Assembly (NCBI GenBank): GCA_963703225.1
Contig: OY969801.1
Location: 928,001-992,000 of the forward strand
DNA length: 64,000 nt
Source of the DNA: Candidatus Eiseniibacteriota bacterium
GTDB lineage: Bacteria > Eisenbacteria > RBG-16-71-46 > SZUA-252
Reading direction: 5' to 3'
Shown: positions 48,714-61,269 of the stretch, in pieces
Position numbering within the stretch: position 1 is the first letter of the stretch
Layout of the letters: every line of letters begins with the position of its first letter
Notes under the pieces: model-generated
The model's input: only the letters and a program-made list of their open reading frames with translations
Told to the model about the DNA's origin: nothing
Databases searched by the model: none
Position numbers and translations under genes: made by a program

Positions 48714-51700
48714 ATGGGCGTGAAGCGAAGCTCGAGAGCGGCGTGGCGGCAGTCCCTCGGGCTATTACTCCTGGTCCTCCCATTGCTCGCCGGAGCCGTT
48801 CCCATCTCTGCCCAAGCTCAGGGGATCAGCGGCGCCGTGTTCGAAGACGTGAACTATGGCGGTGGCGCGGGGCGTGACTCCACCTCGGCGAGCGGCGTGG
48901 CGCGCCCGAACGCGGTTGTTGAGCTCTACAACGCCGGCGGAGCCTACACCGCGTCGACCACCACCAACGCCTCCGGGGGGTACTCCTTCACCGGTCTCGC
49001 GGCGGGCACCTACTTCGTGCGCGTGGTGAACGGATCGGTTTCTTCCTCCAGGGCTGGTTTCGTGGCCGGGACTCACCTGTCAGTTCAAACCTTCCGGACA
49101 GACGCCACCTCCGGGACCCCGGTCGCCGTGACGGATTACGTGGGGGGCACGAATCCGACGACCAGCGATCCCGGGAATGGGGCTCCTGGGACGGCCTTCA
49201 ACACCGCCAGCTACGTGTTTACCGCTGGCCCCGTGGGCACCGCGCAATCGGTGACGAGGGTGGCGCTCGGCGCGAGCGACGTCGTACACGTCGATTTCGG
49301 ATTCAACTTCAACACGATCGTGAACACGAACGACACCGGACAGGGCTCGCTCCGGCAGTTTCTGACGAACGCGAACGGCCTGTCGAACGCCGGGCTTTCG
49401 ATCGCGGGACAAGTGCCCGGAACGGACGTATCGATCTTCATGATCAGCAACGGAGCGCCCCATCCCGGTCAACGTGCCGGTCTTCCGAACCAGCTCGATG
49501 GCTCCGGGACCGCGGTCATTACCCCCGCAGCGGCCCTGCCCGTCATTGTCGGTGCCCAGACCGTCCTCGACGGCTCGACACAGACCGCGAACATCGGCAA
49601 TACCAACGCTGCCGTGCTCGGGGCAGGGGGCACCGTCGGCGTCGATGCACTGGCGATCGGGCAGGTCGCTGGCCCGGAGGTGGCCATCCAAGACACCGGC
49701 GCGCTCACGACCGGAATCGAGATCAACGCCAACAGCACGACCCTGCGGGGTCTTGCGATCTACGGTTTCGGAACCGCGGCTCCTGATGGAGGGATTCTCA
49801 TCGACGATGCCATTACCGGTGCCTTGATCGAGGGGAATGTCCTGGGCACCACCGCTTCCTCGTTCACCGACCCCGGCGCGGCCCTGCGCAACAGGGCTGG
49901 CGTTTACGTGAACGGCGCCGACAACGGGACGATCCGCAACAATCTCTTTGGATTTAACGGCGTCACCGGGATCTACATCGCGACGGGATCCACCAATTGG
50001 CTCGTAACGGGCAACGAAGTGCGCGACAGCGGAACGACCACGACGGACGGCGACGGCATCACGATGAACGCCGCGTCGGCCAATGCGATCAGCGGCAACC
50101 ATGTGACGGGGTCCTCCAGCCAAGGGATCGTCGTCACCATCGCCGGTTCCGTGGGAAACACGATCACAAACAACACCGTCACGGGCAACGGGGTGGGCAC
50201 CCCCACGGGATTGGCCCAGAGCACGGGTATCACGATGCGCTCTGGCGCCGCATCAACGACCATCGATCGGAACGTCGTCTCCGCAAACTACGGCGCGGGC
50301 ATTCAAATCAACAGCGGTGCCACGGGCACCATCATGAGTCGCAATTTCTTCTCGGCCAACGGCACGATCACCGCGAGGAACGGCGCCGGCGTTACGGGGC
50401 AGATCGGTATCGATCTCAACTCAGCTGCCGACAACATCGACCTTGGGACAGCGCCGTTCTATACGCTGAACGATGCGGGCGATGTCGATGCGGGGGGCAA
50501 CTCGCTACTGAACTTCCCCGTGCTTGCCGCCGCGAGCATTGCCGGCGCGAATCTCGTGATGACCGGATTCGCCAGACCGGGGAGCACCATCGAGTTCTTC
50601 ATCTCCGATGGCGATGCGACGGGATTCGGAGAGGGGCAAACCTACCTCTTCACCGCCACCGAAGGCGGCGGCGCGGATGCGGATGCCGGAACGGGTACGT
50701 ACGGCCCAGGCCCCGTGAACGGCCTGGTGCAGGGAACCGACACGACGAACAGATTCTCGTTCACGGTTCCGTTGCCCGGCGGGGTTTCCGTCGGGACCCG
50801 AATCACAGCCACCGCCTCGCTGGGAGGTGAAACGTCGGAGTTCAGCGGTGTCGTGCTGGCCGCCACGGCGGCGGGGATCACGGTGAGCCCCACTTCAGGC
50901 CTCACCACGACCGAGGCGGGGGGCACCGCGACGTTCACCGTGGTGCTCGACACCCAGCCCACGGCCAACGTGACGGTCGGGCTGTCGAGCAACGACCTGA
51001 CCGAAGGGACGGTTGCCCCGGCCAGCGTGACATTCACCACGGTCAACTGGAACGTGGCCCAGACCGTGACCGTGACGGGGGTCGACGATGCGGTGGATGA
51101 CGGGGACATCGCCTATTCGGTCGTAACCGCCGCCGCGGTCAGCGCGGATCTCAGCTACAACGGCTTCAATCCGTCCGACGTCTCGGTCACCAACATCGAC
51201 GACGACGCGGTGGGCGTGACGGTGAACCCAACAGCTCGGGCTCACCACAACCGAGGCGGGCGGCACGGCGACATTCACCGTGGTGCTGAACTCCCAGCCC
51301 ACCGCCAACGTGACGATCGGGCTGTCGAGCAACGACCTGACCGAAGGGACGGTCGCGCCGGCGAGCGTGACATTCACCACGGTCAACTGGAACGTGGCCC
51401 AGACGGTGACCGTGACGGGGGTCGACGATGCGGTGGATGACGGGGACATCGCCTATTCGGTCGTAACCGCCGCCGCGGTCAGCGCGGATCTCAGCTACAA
51501 CGGCCTCAACCCGGCAGACGTCTCCGTGACCAACACGGACGACGACACGGCCGGGGTGACGGTGAACCCAACAGCTGGGCTCACCACGACCGAGGCGGGC
51601 GGCACGGCGACATTCACCGTGGTGCTGAGCTCCCAGCCCACCGCCAACGTGACGATCGGGCTCTCGAGCAGTGATCTCACCGAGGGAACCGTGGCTCCGG

Positions 51701-54700
51701 CCAGCGTCACGTTCACAACCGTCAACTGGAACGTGGCCCAGACCGTCACGGTCACCGGTGTCGACGATGCCGTCGATGACGGGGACAATGGTTACTCCAT
51801 CTTGACCGGCGCGGCCGCGAGCGCGGATCTCGCCTATAACGGCTTCAACCCATCTGATGTTTCTGTGACAAACATCGACGATGACGCGGTGGGCGTGACG
51901 GTGAACCCGACGTCGGGGCTCACCACAACCGAGGCGGGAGGTACCGCCACCTTCACCGTCGTGCTCAATTCGCAGCCGGGCGCCAACGTGACCATCGGCC
52001 TCTCGAGCAGTGATCTCACCGAGGGAACGGTGGCTCCAGTCAGTGTGACATTCACCACCGTCAACTGGAACGTGGCCCAGACGGTCACCGTCACGGGGGT
52101 CGACGACGCCCTCGTCGACGGGAACATCGCGTACACCATCGTCACCGCCGCGGCAGCTAGCACTGACGGCGCCTACAACGGTCTTGATCCGGCAGATGTC
52201 TCGATCACGAACACAGACGACGACGTGGCGGGCATTACCGTCAACCCAACCGCCGGCCTAACCACGACCGAAGCAGGTGGGACCGCGACCTTCACCGTGG
52301 TGCTGAACTCTCAGCCTACGGCGAACGTGACGATCGGGCTCTCGAGCAGCGATCTCACCGAGGGAACGGTCGCCCCGGCGAGCGTCACCTTCAGCACGGT
52401 CAATTGGAACGTAGCACAGACCGTCACGGTCACCGGTGTGGACGATGCGGTCGATGATGGAAACATCGCCTATACGATCGTGACCGCGGCAGCCGCAAGC
52501 GCTGATGGCGTCTACAGCGGCTTCGATCCATCTGACGTTTCGGTCACCAATACGGACGACGACGTGGCGGGCATTACCGTCAACCCGACCGCCGGCCTAA
52601 CCACGACCGAAGCAGGTGGGACCGCGACCTTCACCGTGGTCCTGAACACCCAGCCCACCGCCAACGTGACGGTCGGGTTGTCCAGCATCGACTTGACCGA
52701 GGGGACGGTCGCGCCGGCCAGCGTGACATTCACCACGGTCAACTGGAACGTGGCTCAGACCGTGACCGTCACCGGCGTGGACGATGCAGTCGATGACGGA
52801 GACATCGCCTACTCCGTCGCGACCGCTGCCGCCGCGAGCACGGATCCCACCTACAACGGTTTCGATCCATCGGACGTGTCGATCACGAACACGGACGACG
52901 ACGTGGCTGGGATGACGGTGAACCCCACCGCCGGGCTTACCACCACCGAGGCTGGCGGAACGGCGACCTTCACGGTGGTCCTGGACTCTCAGCCCACGGC
53001 GCAACGTGACGATCGGGGTGTCGAGCAGCGATCTGACCGAGGGAACCGTGGCTCCGGCCAGCGTCACGTTCACAACTCTCAATTGGAATGTCGCGCAAGA
53101 CCGTGACGGTCACCGGCGTGGACGATGCGGTCGATGACGGAGACATCGCCTATACCATCGTGACCGCTGCGGCCGCGAGCGCTGATCTCACCTACAACGG
53201 TTTCAATCCATCGGACGTCGCGGTCACGAACACTGACGATGACGCGGCGGGCATGACGGTGAATCCAACAGCTGGGCTCACCACCACCGAGGCGGGAGGT
53301 ACCGCGACGTTCACGGTGGTGCTGGACTCTCAGCCCACGGCCAACGTGACGATCGGCCTTTCGAGCAGCGACCTGACCGAGGGAACCGTGGCTCCGGCCA
53401 GCGTCACGTTCACCACCGTCAACTGGAACGTCGCGCAGACGGTCACCGTCACGGGGGTCGACGACGCCCTCGTCGACGGCAACATCGCCTACACAATCGT
53501 GACCGCCGCTGCGGCAAGCGCGGATGCCGCCTACAACGGCCTCGATCCGACCGACGTGTCGGTGACCAACACTGACGACGACGTGGCAGGCGTGACGGTG
53601 AACCCGACCTCGGGTCTCACCACCACCGAGGCCGGCGGAACGGCGACCTTCACGGTGGTCCTGACCAGCCAGCCGACGGCGAACGTGACGGTCGGGCCTG
53701 TCCAGCAGTGACCTGACCGAGGGCACGGTTGCGCCGGCCAGCGTCACGTTCACGACGGTCAACTGGAACGTGGCCCAGACCGTCACCGTCACCGGGGTCG
53801 ACGACCTCGTTGCCGACGGCAACATCGCCTACACGATCGTCACGGCCGCGGCGGCGAGCGCGGACGCCGCCTACAACGGCCTCGATCCCACCGACGTGTC
53901 GGTCACCAACACGGACAACGACGTGGCCGGGGTTGACGGTGAACCCGACCTCGGGCCTCACCACCACCGAGGCGGGTGGCACCGCGACCTTCACGGTGGT
54001 GCTGACATCCAGCCGACGGCCAACGTGACCGATCGGCCTCTCGAGCAGCGACCTGACCGAGGGCACCGTGGCCCCGGCGAGCGTCACGTTCACCACTCGT
54101 CAACTGGAACGTCGCGCAGACGGTCACCGTCACCGGGGTCGACGACGCCCTCGTCGACGGCAACATCGCCTACACGATCGTCACCGCCGCGGCGGCGAGC
54201 GCCGACGCCGCCTACAACGGCCTCGATCCCACCGACGTGTCGGTCACGAACACGGACGATGACGTGGCCGGCATCACGGTGAACCCGACCTCGGGTCTGA
54301 CCACCACCGAGGCTGGCGGAACCGCGACGTTCACGGTCGTCCTGAACACTCAGCCCACCGCCAACGTAACGATCGGGCTCTCGAGCAGCGATCTGACCGA
54401 GGGCACCGTGGCCCCGGCGAGCGTCACGTTCACCACTGCTCAACTGGAACGTCGCGCAGACGGTCACCGTCACCGGGGTCGACGACGCCCTCGTCGACGG
54501 CAACGTCGCGTACACGATCGTTACTGCCGCTGCGGCAAGCGCGGATGGTGCCTACAACGGCCTCGATCCGACCGACGTTGCGGTGACCAACACGGACGAC
54601 GACGTGGCCGGCGTGACGGTGAACCCGACCTCGGGTCTCACCACCACCGAGGCCGGCGGAACGGCGACCTTCACGGTCGTCCTGACGAGCCAGCCGACGG

Positions 54701-57700
54701 CGAACGTGACCGTCGGCCTATCCAGCAGTGACCTGACCGAGGGCACCGTGGCCCCGGCCAGCGTCACGTTCACGGCGGTCAACTGGAACGTGGCCCAGAC
54801 GGTCACCGTGACGGGGGTCGACGACGCCCTCGTCGATGGCAACATCGCGTACACGATTCTCACCTCCGCCGCGGTGAGCACCGACCCCGCCTACAGCGGG
54901 CTCAATCCATCGGACGTATCGGCAACCAATATCGACGACGACACGACCCAGCTGGTGCAGCTGGAGCTCATACCCGATCGGGAGAAGGCTGAAATCAGCG
55001 AGCCGGTGACGTTCACCCTCTACGTGCATAACGTGATGACCACGGCCATCGCGGCGCTCGATATCGTGCGGGAAATGCCCGCCGGCTTTGTCGTCCTTCC
55101 CGGCACGACGACCCGCGACGGAAGCCCCATCACCGATCTGGGCGGGGGCCAGGTGGCCATCGGCCCCCTCGCGGCGCTTGTCGATTCGAACGGTAACGGG
55201 CGAGCCGATCCGGGAGAGGCAGGGTACGCGGTCGTTCGCTGGCGGGCGGTCGCTGGCGCTGGGGTCTATCCGGGTCCCAAGGTTTTCGCGGCGACGGCGG
55301 TCACCGGCTGCTCCACGTGTGTCATCTCAAATCGCGCCGAAGCGCGCCTGACGGCGGAGGAGAGCGCGCTCTTGGCGCGGGGCACAATCCTGGGGCGCGT
55401 GTTCGAGGATCGCGACCGCGACGGTTTCCAGGACCGAGATGAGCCGGGACTCTTTGGCGCGACCGTCGCGCTCGACGACGGGACCACCGTGATGACCGAC
55501 GCCGACGGGCTCTTCCACGTTCCGGAGGTGGACACCGGCCAACGCCTTCTCAAACTGGACATGGCGCGCCTGCCCTATCCCGCAATCCCCACAACCGACG
55601 TGTCGGCGATCGCGCGGGTGAGCGGCGGCCTCATCACGTCGGTCCGTTTCGGTGTGGCGTTCGACCGCGACACGCTGCGCGTCGGGAGTCCCGCGGTGCG
55701 CGGGTTGGCCTTGATTACGGACGATCTGGAGTTGGGGGTCGACGTTGCGGGAAACGCCGTTCGACCCGCCGTCGTGATCAACGGCATGAAGGTGCCGATC
55801 CGAACGGCCGATACGCGGATGCCGCTTGGCGAGGCCACGGAGGTCCTGCGCCTCTCCGGAACCCGGCTCGATCCCCCCGCGGTGTTCGATCTCCAGGCAA
55901 CCGACCCGGCGCGGGTACGTCGATGGTCCTTCGAGATCCGCTCCTCGGCCGACTCCTTGGTGCGCGCGTTTGGCGGAGTCGGAGCACCGCCGGCCCACCT
56001 CGAATGGAATGGTGAGGTGCGGGACGGAGGCGTCCTCCACGGAGGAGAGGTCTATGCCAATCAGTTGCGTCTGGAGTACGAAGACGGAAGCGTGGTCGAT
56101 GGGCCGCGTCGCGTGTTCGGCGTGGATCGGCATACGTCGTTCGGGCTGACCATGACCGGCGATGCGTTCGCAACCGGCTCCGCGGATCTTACGGGCAAAG
56201 CGAAGGAAGCGCTGTCTCGCGTGGCCCGGGACATCCGTCGATCGGTGGGTGACACCGTCTTCGTAGAGGGGCACACCGATGCAGTGGGCTCCGCCAAGGC
56301 CAATCTGCGGCTCTCCCGGGATCGAGCCGAGGCGGCCGCCCAGTATCTTGTCGACCACGAACGGATCTCTCGGGAACGACTCTCCGTTACCGGGTACGGC
56401 GAGACGCGGCCCATCGCAAACAACGCCAGCCCTGACGGAAGGGAGCTGAACCGTCGCGTCGAGATCTTCAGCAATCGAACCGACGTCGAGAAGTCTCCGC
56501 TCCAGGACGTGTTTCGCGGACAGGCGGCCGCCCGCGTCAACGGAGAGGATGCCGCCGTGGATTCGGCGGGACGGTTCGCATGCCGTGTGCCTGCCCGGGG
56601 CGACTCGATCGAGGTTTTGCTGACCGATCGAAGCGAGCGAACGACACGCGCGCTCGTCCGCCTCCCTCGGCTGGAAATTCTGGAGCCGAGCGGCGAGCTG
56701 GTCCTGCCGTTCGGCGGTGAGGCGCCAGGGGCCCAGGTCGACCCGAGAGAACCGTCATCGCTCGAGGAGACCGAGGTCGCGAGCCTGAAAGGAGTCGAGC
56801 GAGGACGCCGGGCCGCGCGCCTGCGCCTTCGCGCGCGGACCGACCCCGGGGTTCGTGCCAGCGTGGATGGGCGCGTCCTCCCGGTTGGCGGCGATGGATC
56901 GTTCGAAGCCGATCTGCCGCTCCATCTGGGTCGTAACGCCTTCGGCATCGTGCTTCAAGACTCCACCGGCGTCATGACGGTGGGAAATGTCGTCGTCCGG
57001 GCGCTGGATCGCACCGAGGACGGGGGAGAAGTCGTCGCGGTCGAGAAGATCCCCGACATGACGGTCTACATGCCGCCGAGCGGAACAGTCCTCTCCTCGC
57101 CCATTCTCGGGATCACCGGAGAGACTGGCGCGGGGAACAAGGTGTACGCGAACGGGGACTCGCTCTACGTGGCCCCCAACGGCACGTTCTCGGGCCACGT
57201 CCGGCTGCCGGAAGGCAAGAGCCGGGTTACGGTGGAAGTCGTAGACCCGGCGGGCCGGCATGGGCAGCTGGAGCGCTTCGTCGAAGTTCGCTCGAAGCGC
57301 ATGTTCCTCGTGGGCCTCGCCGACGGAGTGGTGGGGGGCGGCGGCGGCGGCCCGCACGGGGAGACTGGAACGTGGACGGAAGGGCGGATCGCGTATCAGC
57401 TACGTGGTTGGGTGGCGGGAAAGGTGCTCGTGACGTCAGCCTTCGATTCGCAGCGGCGGACCTGGGGAACGCTGTTTCGGGACATCGACGACAGCGGGCG
57501 GGACCGTTTGCTGACCAACCTCGACCCCGACCGCCTCTATCCGGTCTTCGGGGACGCGAGCGCGGCCACATATGACACGCCGGGCGGGGGCCGCTTTTAC
57601 GTAGCGCTGGAAGCCGCCGCGGTCAGGGCCTCGGTGGGAGACTTTCCGATCGCCCTCGACGAGGTCGAGCTGGCTGCGTTTCACCGGACCCTCTACGGCG

Positions 57701-59874
57701 CGCAGCTTCAGATTCAACCCACGTTCCTGGCGAAGAGCGCTGATCCCGGCTCCCGCGGGACGGGAACATCGCTCAAGTTCTTCGGCGCCCAGGCTGGACA
57801 CATTCATGTTCGCGACGTGCTTGAGGCCACCGGCGGCACGCTCTACTACCTGAGCCACCGGGACGTCATCGAGGGAAGCGTACAGGCGTCGATTTCGGTC
57901 CACGACCGAAACACCGGCCTTCCCCTGACGCGGCAGCAACAGATCCGGGGCGTGGACTACATCGTGAAGGAGGTGGAGGGCCGAATCCTCTTCAACCGTC
58001 CCATTTCGAGTGCTTCCGACGACGGCTCGCTGCTCGATGCCGGCCAGCTCGGCGGAAACCCGGTCTTCATCGAGGTGGACTACGAGGCCACCGGGGCCCT
58101 CGCCGAGAAGGCGGCGCTCGGGGGACGACTCAGCCAGGCCCTCGGCCCGGTTCAGGTGGGCGGGACGATGGTTCAAGACGAGACCGGCGCGTCTCCCTAC
58201 ACGCTGCGCGGCACGGACGCGCGGCTCCGGTTTGGGGCCCACTCCTGGTTGGCTACGGAATTCGCCCAGAGCGAGGGCCGGGGCAGCCGGGTGTTCGGGA
58301 GCGCGGACGGCGGCTTCTCCTTCGCCCAGTTCGATACCGGATCGGTGCGTGAGGGGGGCGCCTGGAAGGTCGCCACGGAGGTCGACGCAGGCGACTGGTT
58401 TGGCGCGCCGGGGCGCGTGACCGTCGGCGGATTCGTCAAGCGTGTCGATGAGGGGTTCGTGTCCGATTCCGAGCCCGGCTCCATCGGGAGTCGCCGGATG
58501 GGGGCGCGGGCCCAGGTCAATTCCGGGAAATGGGGGCTCTGGAGCGGTCGATTCGATCGCGATGAGAGATTCGGTGCCGCATTCCAGACCCCATCGCGGT
58601 CGGACTTGGTGGGCGCCCAGTGGCGCCGGGACGGACACCGAATGGGCGTCGCGGCTGAGTTCGAGGATCGGAGCGTCGACTCGACGGCCTCGCAGCCTCT
58701 CGGAGGAGTGCGCCTCTGGTATCTGCTCTCCGACAGCCTCCGCACCACGGTGGAGCACCAGCGCTCGCTGGGCGCCTCGGACCTCGGTCAGTCGGCCCTT
58801 GGGGTGGAGTGGCGGCTCCCGATGGGCCTCGCCATCGAGGGACGCGCCAGCGACGGCACCGAAGGGCAGGCGTTCCGCGGCGGCGCGAGCTTCGCGGTGG
58901 GAGGCCGGCGACTCTACCTTCGCGAGGAGATTCTCGACAACGCCTCCGGGCAGCAGGCGATGACGGTGCTCGGGGCACAGTCGCCGCTGGGGCGCATGAG
59001 CCGCGCATATAGCGAATATCAGTGGCTGAACCACGACGGCAATTACAGCGCGACATCGGTCGTCGGAGCGGAACAGGGTTGGCAATTCTCGAGCGGCATC
59101 AACGGAAGCATCTACGGCGAGCACGGCGGGCGCGCGGGCGCGAGCACGTCGCTGCCCCATACGACCGTAGCCCTTCAGCTGGGCTACAGCGGCAAGCTCC
59201 CCCTGGGAGTTTCCACGCGCGGCGAGTACAGGAAGATGGAAGCCGGCAGCCTCGAGCGGCAGTACCTCGTGACGACGCACCTCGACCTGCGCCTTGTGGG
59301 CGGCTTCTCCTTGCTCGGGGACCATCGCCTCAGCGAGGCCCTGCCTCGAGGTCCCGGCCAGTCGACCCGCTACGAGGAGAGGAGCGTCGGGATGGCGTTT
59401 CGGCCTCCGCGGTCGGACCGCGTCGAGGCCCTGGCGCGCTGGACCGACCTGCAAGACCGCCGCGCGGCGGAGCCACTCGATTCGCTGCGCGCGACCTCCG
59501 GCCTCACGGTCGCCGCGGTGGAGGTCCGGATGCGCTTCTGGCCAGATCTCGAGTGGGGCGCCAAGGGCGCCGCACGGATCATGCGCGAGGGGGCGGGCGA
59601 CATCGCGCCGTCGGACGCGCACAGCATGCTCTGGGTGAGCCGCGTGGACTACGCGTTCGCCGGACCATTTCGCTTCGGCGTCCAGTACCAGCAGCTCTCC
59701 CAGCGGGAGGCCGGAGATCGGCGAGGAGGATGGCTGCAGGAGCTGACGTGGGATCCGGAGAAACACTTGAGATTCGGGGTCGGCTATAACTTCACCCGCA
59801 TTTCTGGAAACGAATTCGATCGCACAGGGAGCGATGCCGATGGCTGGTTCGTTCGAGCACAAAGCCGATACTGA
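48714..59874 (+). CDS. Giant (~3,700 aa) surface protein: signal, SdrD-B-like domain, beta-helix, 12 Calx-beta-like repeats, DUF11-like, SdrD-B-like, OmpA-like, Ig-like domains and C-terminal beta-barrel; frameshifts confined to the repeat array
   Basis: ORF pieces 48714, 51280, 53088, 53770, 54237, 54583 encode the same repeat in shifting frames; net +7 nt over the array, and its removal leaves 11154 nt (divisible by 3); OmpA motifs EGHTD, LSRDRA, GYGETRP, NRRVEI; ends WFVRAQSRY. Confidence 0.85.
50872..54943 (+). repeat. Tandem array of 12 x 339-bp (113-aa) coding repeats
   Basis: LTTTEAGG anchor at 50901, 51241, 51580, 51919, 52258, 52597, 52936, 53277, 53616, 53957, 54297, 54637. Confidence 0.95.
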
Positions 59875-59896
59875 GATCATAGGCCGCTCTGGCGGC

Positions 59897-61252
59897 ATGG
59901 AGGTCCGGGCGACGCGGCCCCAGCCTGATCTGGAGACTGCGCCGGACCCCGAGGCGTCGCCTCCGCCCGGGACTGCCGAGAGCAAGGCCCGCAAGCGCCG
60001 TCGCTTCCTCACCGAGGCAGCCGCCGTGGCGGGCATGACGCTCGCCTGCTTTGCGATCTTCATCCTGTTCCTGAGCCTCTCGTTCCCTGGAGGGCACGAT
60101 CTGCGGGAGTTGCTCCGCTCGAATCGTGACGCTCCGGTCGGCCTCGGGGCGATGGGCATGGGACGAGGCGCGGAATCGACCGCGACGGCCGGGGCCTCCA
60201 TCGCAACGCTCTCGGTCCTGCATGCATCCGTGCACAGTCGGACGGCCGGTTCGATCGCCTGGAGCTCCGCGCCGTCCGGCCTGGGTCTGCGCGCCGGGGA
60301 CGGAATCCAGACCGGCGCCGCGGGCACGGCGGTTCTGAACTTCGAGCACGGGAGCGTGCGCCTCGAGAACAATTCACTCGTGATCCTCGGTGGTGGGACC
60401 GACGTGGGCGACCTCTTGGCGCGAACCCCGCGGGCTCTCACCATCGTGAGGGGCGAGCTGTTTGCGCGGCTCGACAAGTCCGCGCCTGGCGAGATGACGG
60501 TCACGCTCCCGGAGGGGGTCGCGCGGCTCCGCCCCACGGTCCAGGCGCGTCCGGCAAAGTTCCGGATCTCCGCCGGCCAGGATCGCTCCTCCGCGGTCAC
60601 GGTCTTCGCGGGCGCCATGGCCCTTCAGGCAAACGGGAGAGTCGTGAACGTGGGACCGGGCCAATTCAGCCGGATCGCCGTGGATGGGGCGCCAAGCGAC
60701 CCCCTGCCCGTGCCCAATGCGCCGGTCGTCCTGACCCCGGCCCCGGGAGCCCGGTTTGCCTACCTCGATCTCCCGCCGCTCGTGCCGTTCCGATGGAGAG
60801 CTGCGAGCGGGGACGGGCACTTCATCCTGCGCGCGACGGGCGGGCCAAAATTCAGGAACGAAATCGTGAGCCAGGCCACGAGCGATTCGTTTCTCCTTTG
60901 GGGCCGATTCGGGCCTGGGGTCTACGAGTGGCGAGTGAGTCGGGTTGTAAACGGGGTCGAGGGGTCGCCGTCCGCCCCGCGCCGGCTGGTCATCGAGCAG
61001 TCGGGCGGGCCGATGGCCCTGGAGGTGGAGCCCCTTCCGGCGCACGTAGCGCGGCCCTCGCTCGAAGTGCGGGGGCGTGCCCGGCCCGGGGCGACGGTCT
61101 ACGTGATGGGTCAGCCGGCCCGCGTGAGGTCCGACGGAACGTTCGATCTGCGGGTTGATCTTCCGCCGGGCGCCAACGTCGTCCTCGTCGAGGCCGTGGA
61201 CGCGGCGGGCAACAGCATGTACTCGAGCCAAGTCGTCTACTTCGAGAACTGA
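59897..61252 (+). CDS. Single-pass membrane protein with FecR-like domain and C-terminal Ig-like domains
   Basis: One TM; LRAGDGIQTG, AVLNF, VRLENNS, VTVFAG; tail GTFDLRVDLPPGANVVLVEAVDAAGN. Confidence 0.78.
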   Translation: MEVRATRPQPDLETAPDPEASPPPGTAESKARKRRRFLTEAAAVAGMTLACFAIFILFLSLSFPGGHDLRELLRSNRDAPVGLGAMGMGRGAESTATAGASIATLSVLHASVHSRTAGSIAWSSAPSGLGLRAGDGIQTGAAGTAVLNFEHGSVRLENNSLVILGGGTDVGDLLARTPRALTIVRGELFARLDKSAPGEMTVTLPEGVARLRPTVQARPAKFRISAGQDRSSAVTVFAGAMALQANGRVVNVGPGQFSRIAVDGAPSDPLPVPNAPVVLTPAPGARFAYLDLPPLVPFRWRAASGDGHFILRATGGPKFRNEIVSQATSDSFLLWGRFGPGVYEWRVSRVVNGVEGSPSAPRRLVIEQSGGPMALEVEPLPAHVARPSLEVRGRARPGATVYVMGQPARVRSDGTFDLRVDLPPGANVVLVEAVDAAGNSMYSSQVVYFEN

Positions 61253-61269
61253 GTCCGGGAGCAAGAACC

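Noticed and set aside
50872..54943. CRISPR array or non-coding repeat
   Set aside because: Units are 339 bp, coding, vary mainly at synonymous sites and have no spacers
57436..60618. Long antisense and alternate-frame ORFs (e.g. 1060 aa at 57436-60618, 600 aa at 34919-36721)
   Set aside because: Shadow ORFs expected at high GC; they overlap well-supported genes and lack motifs
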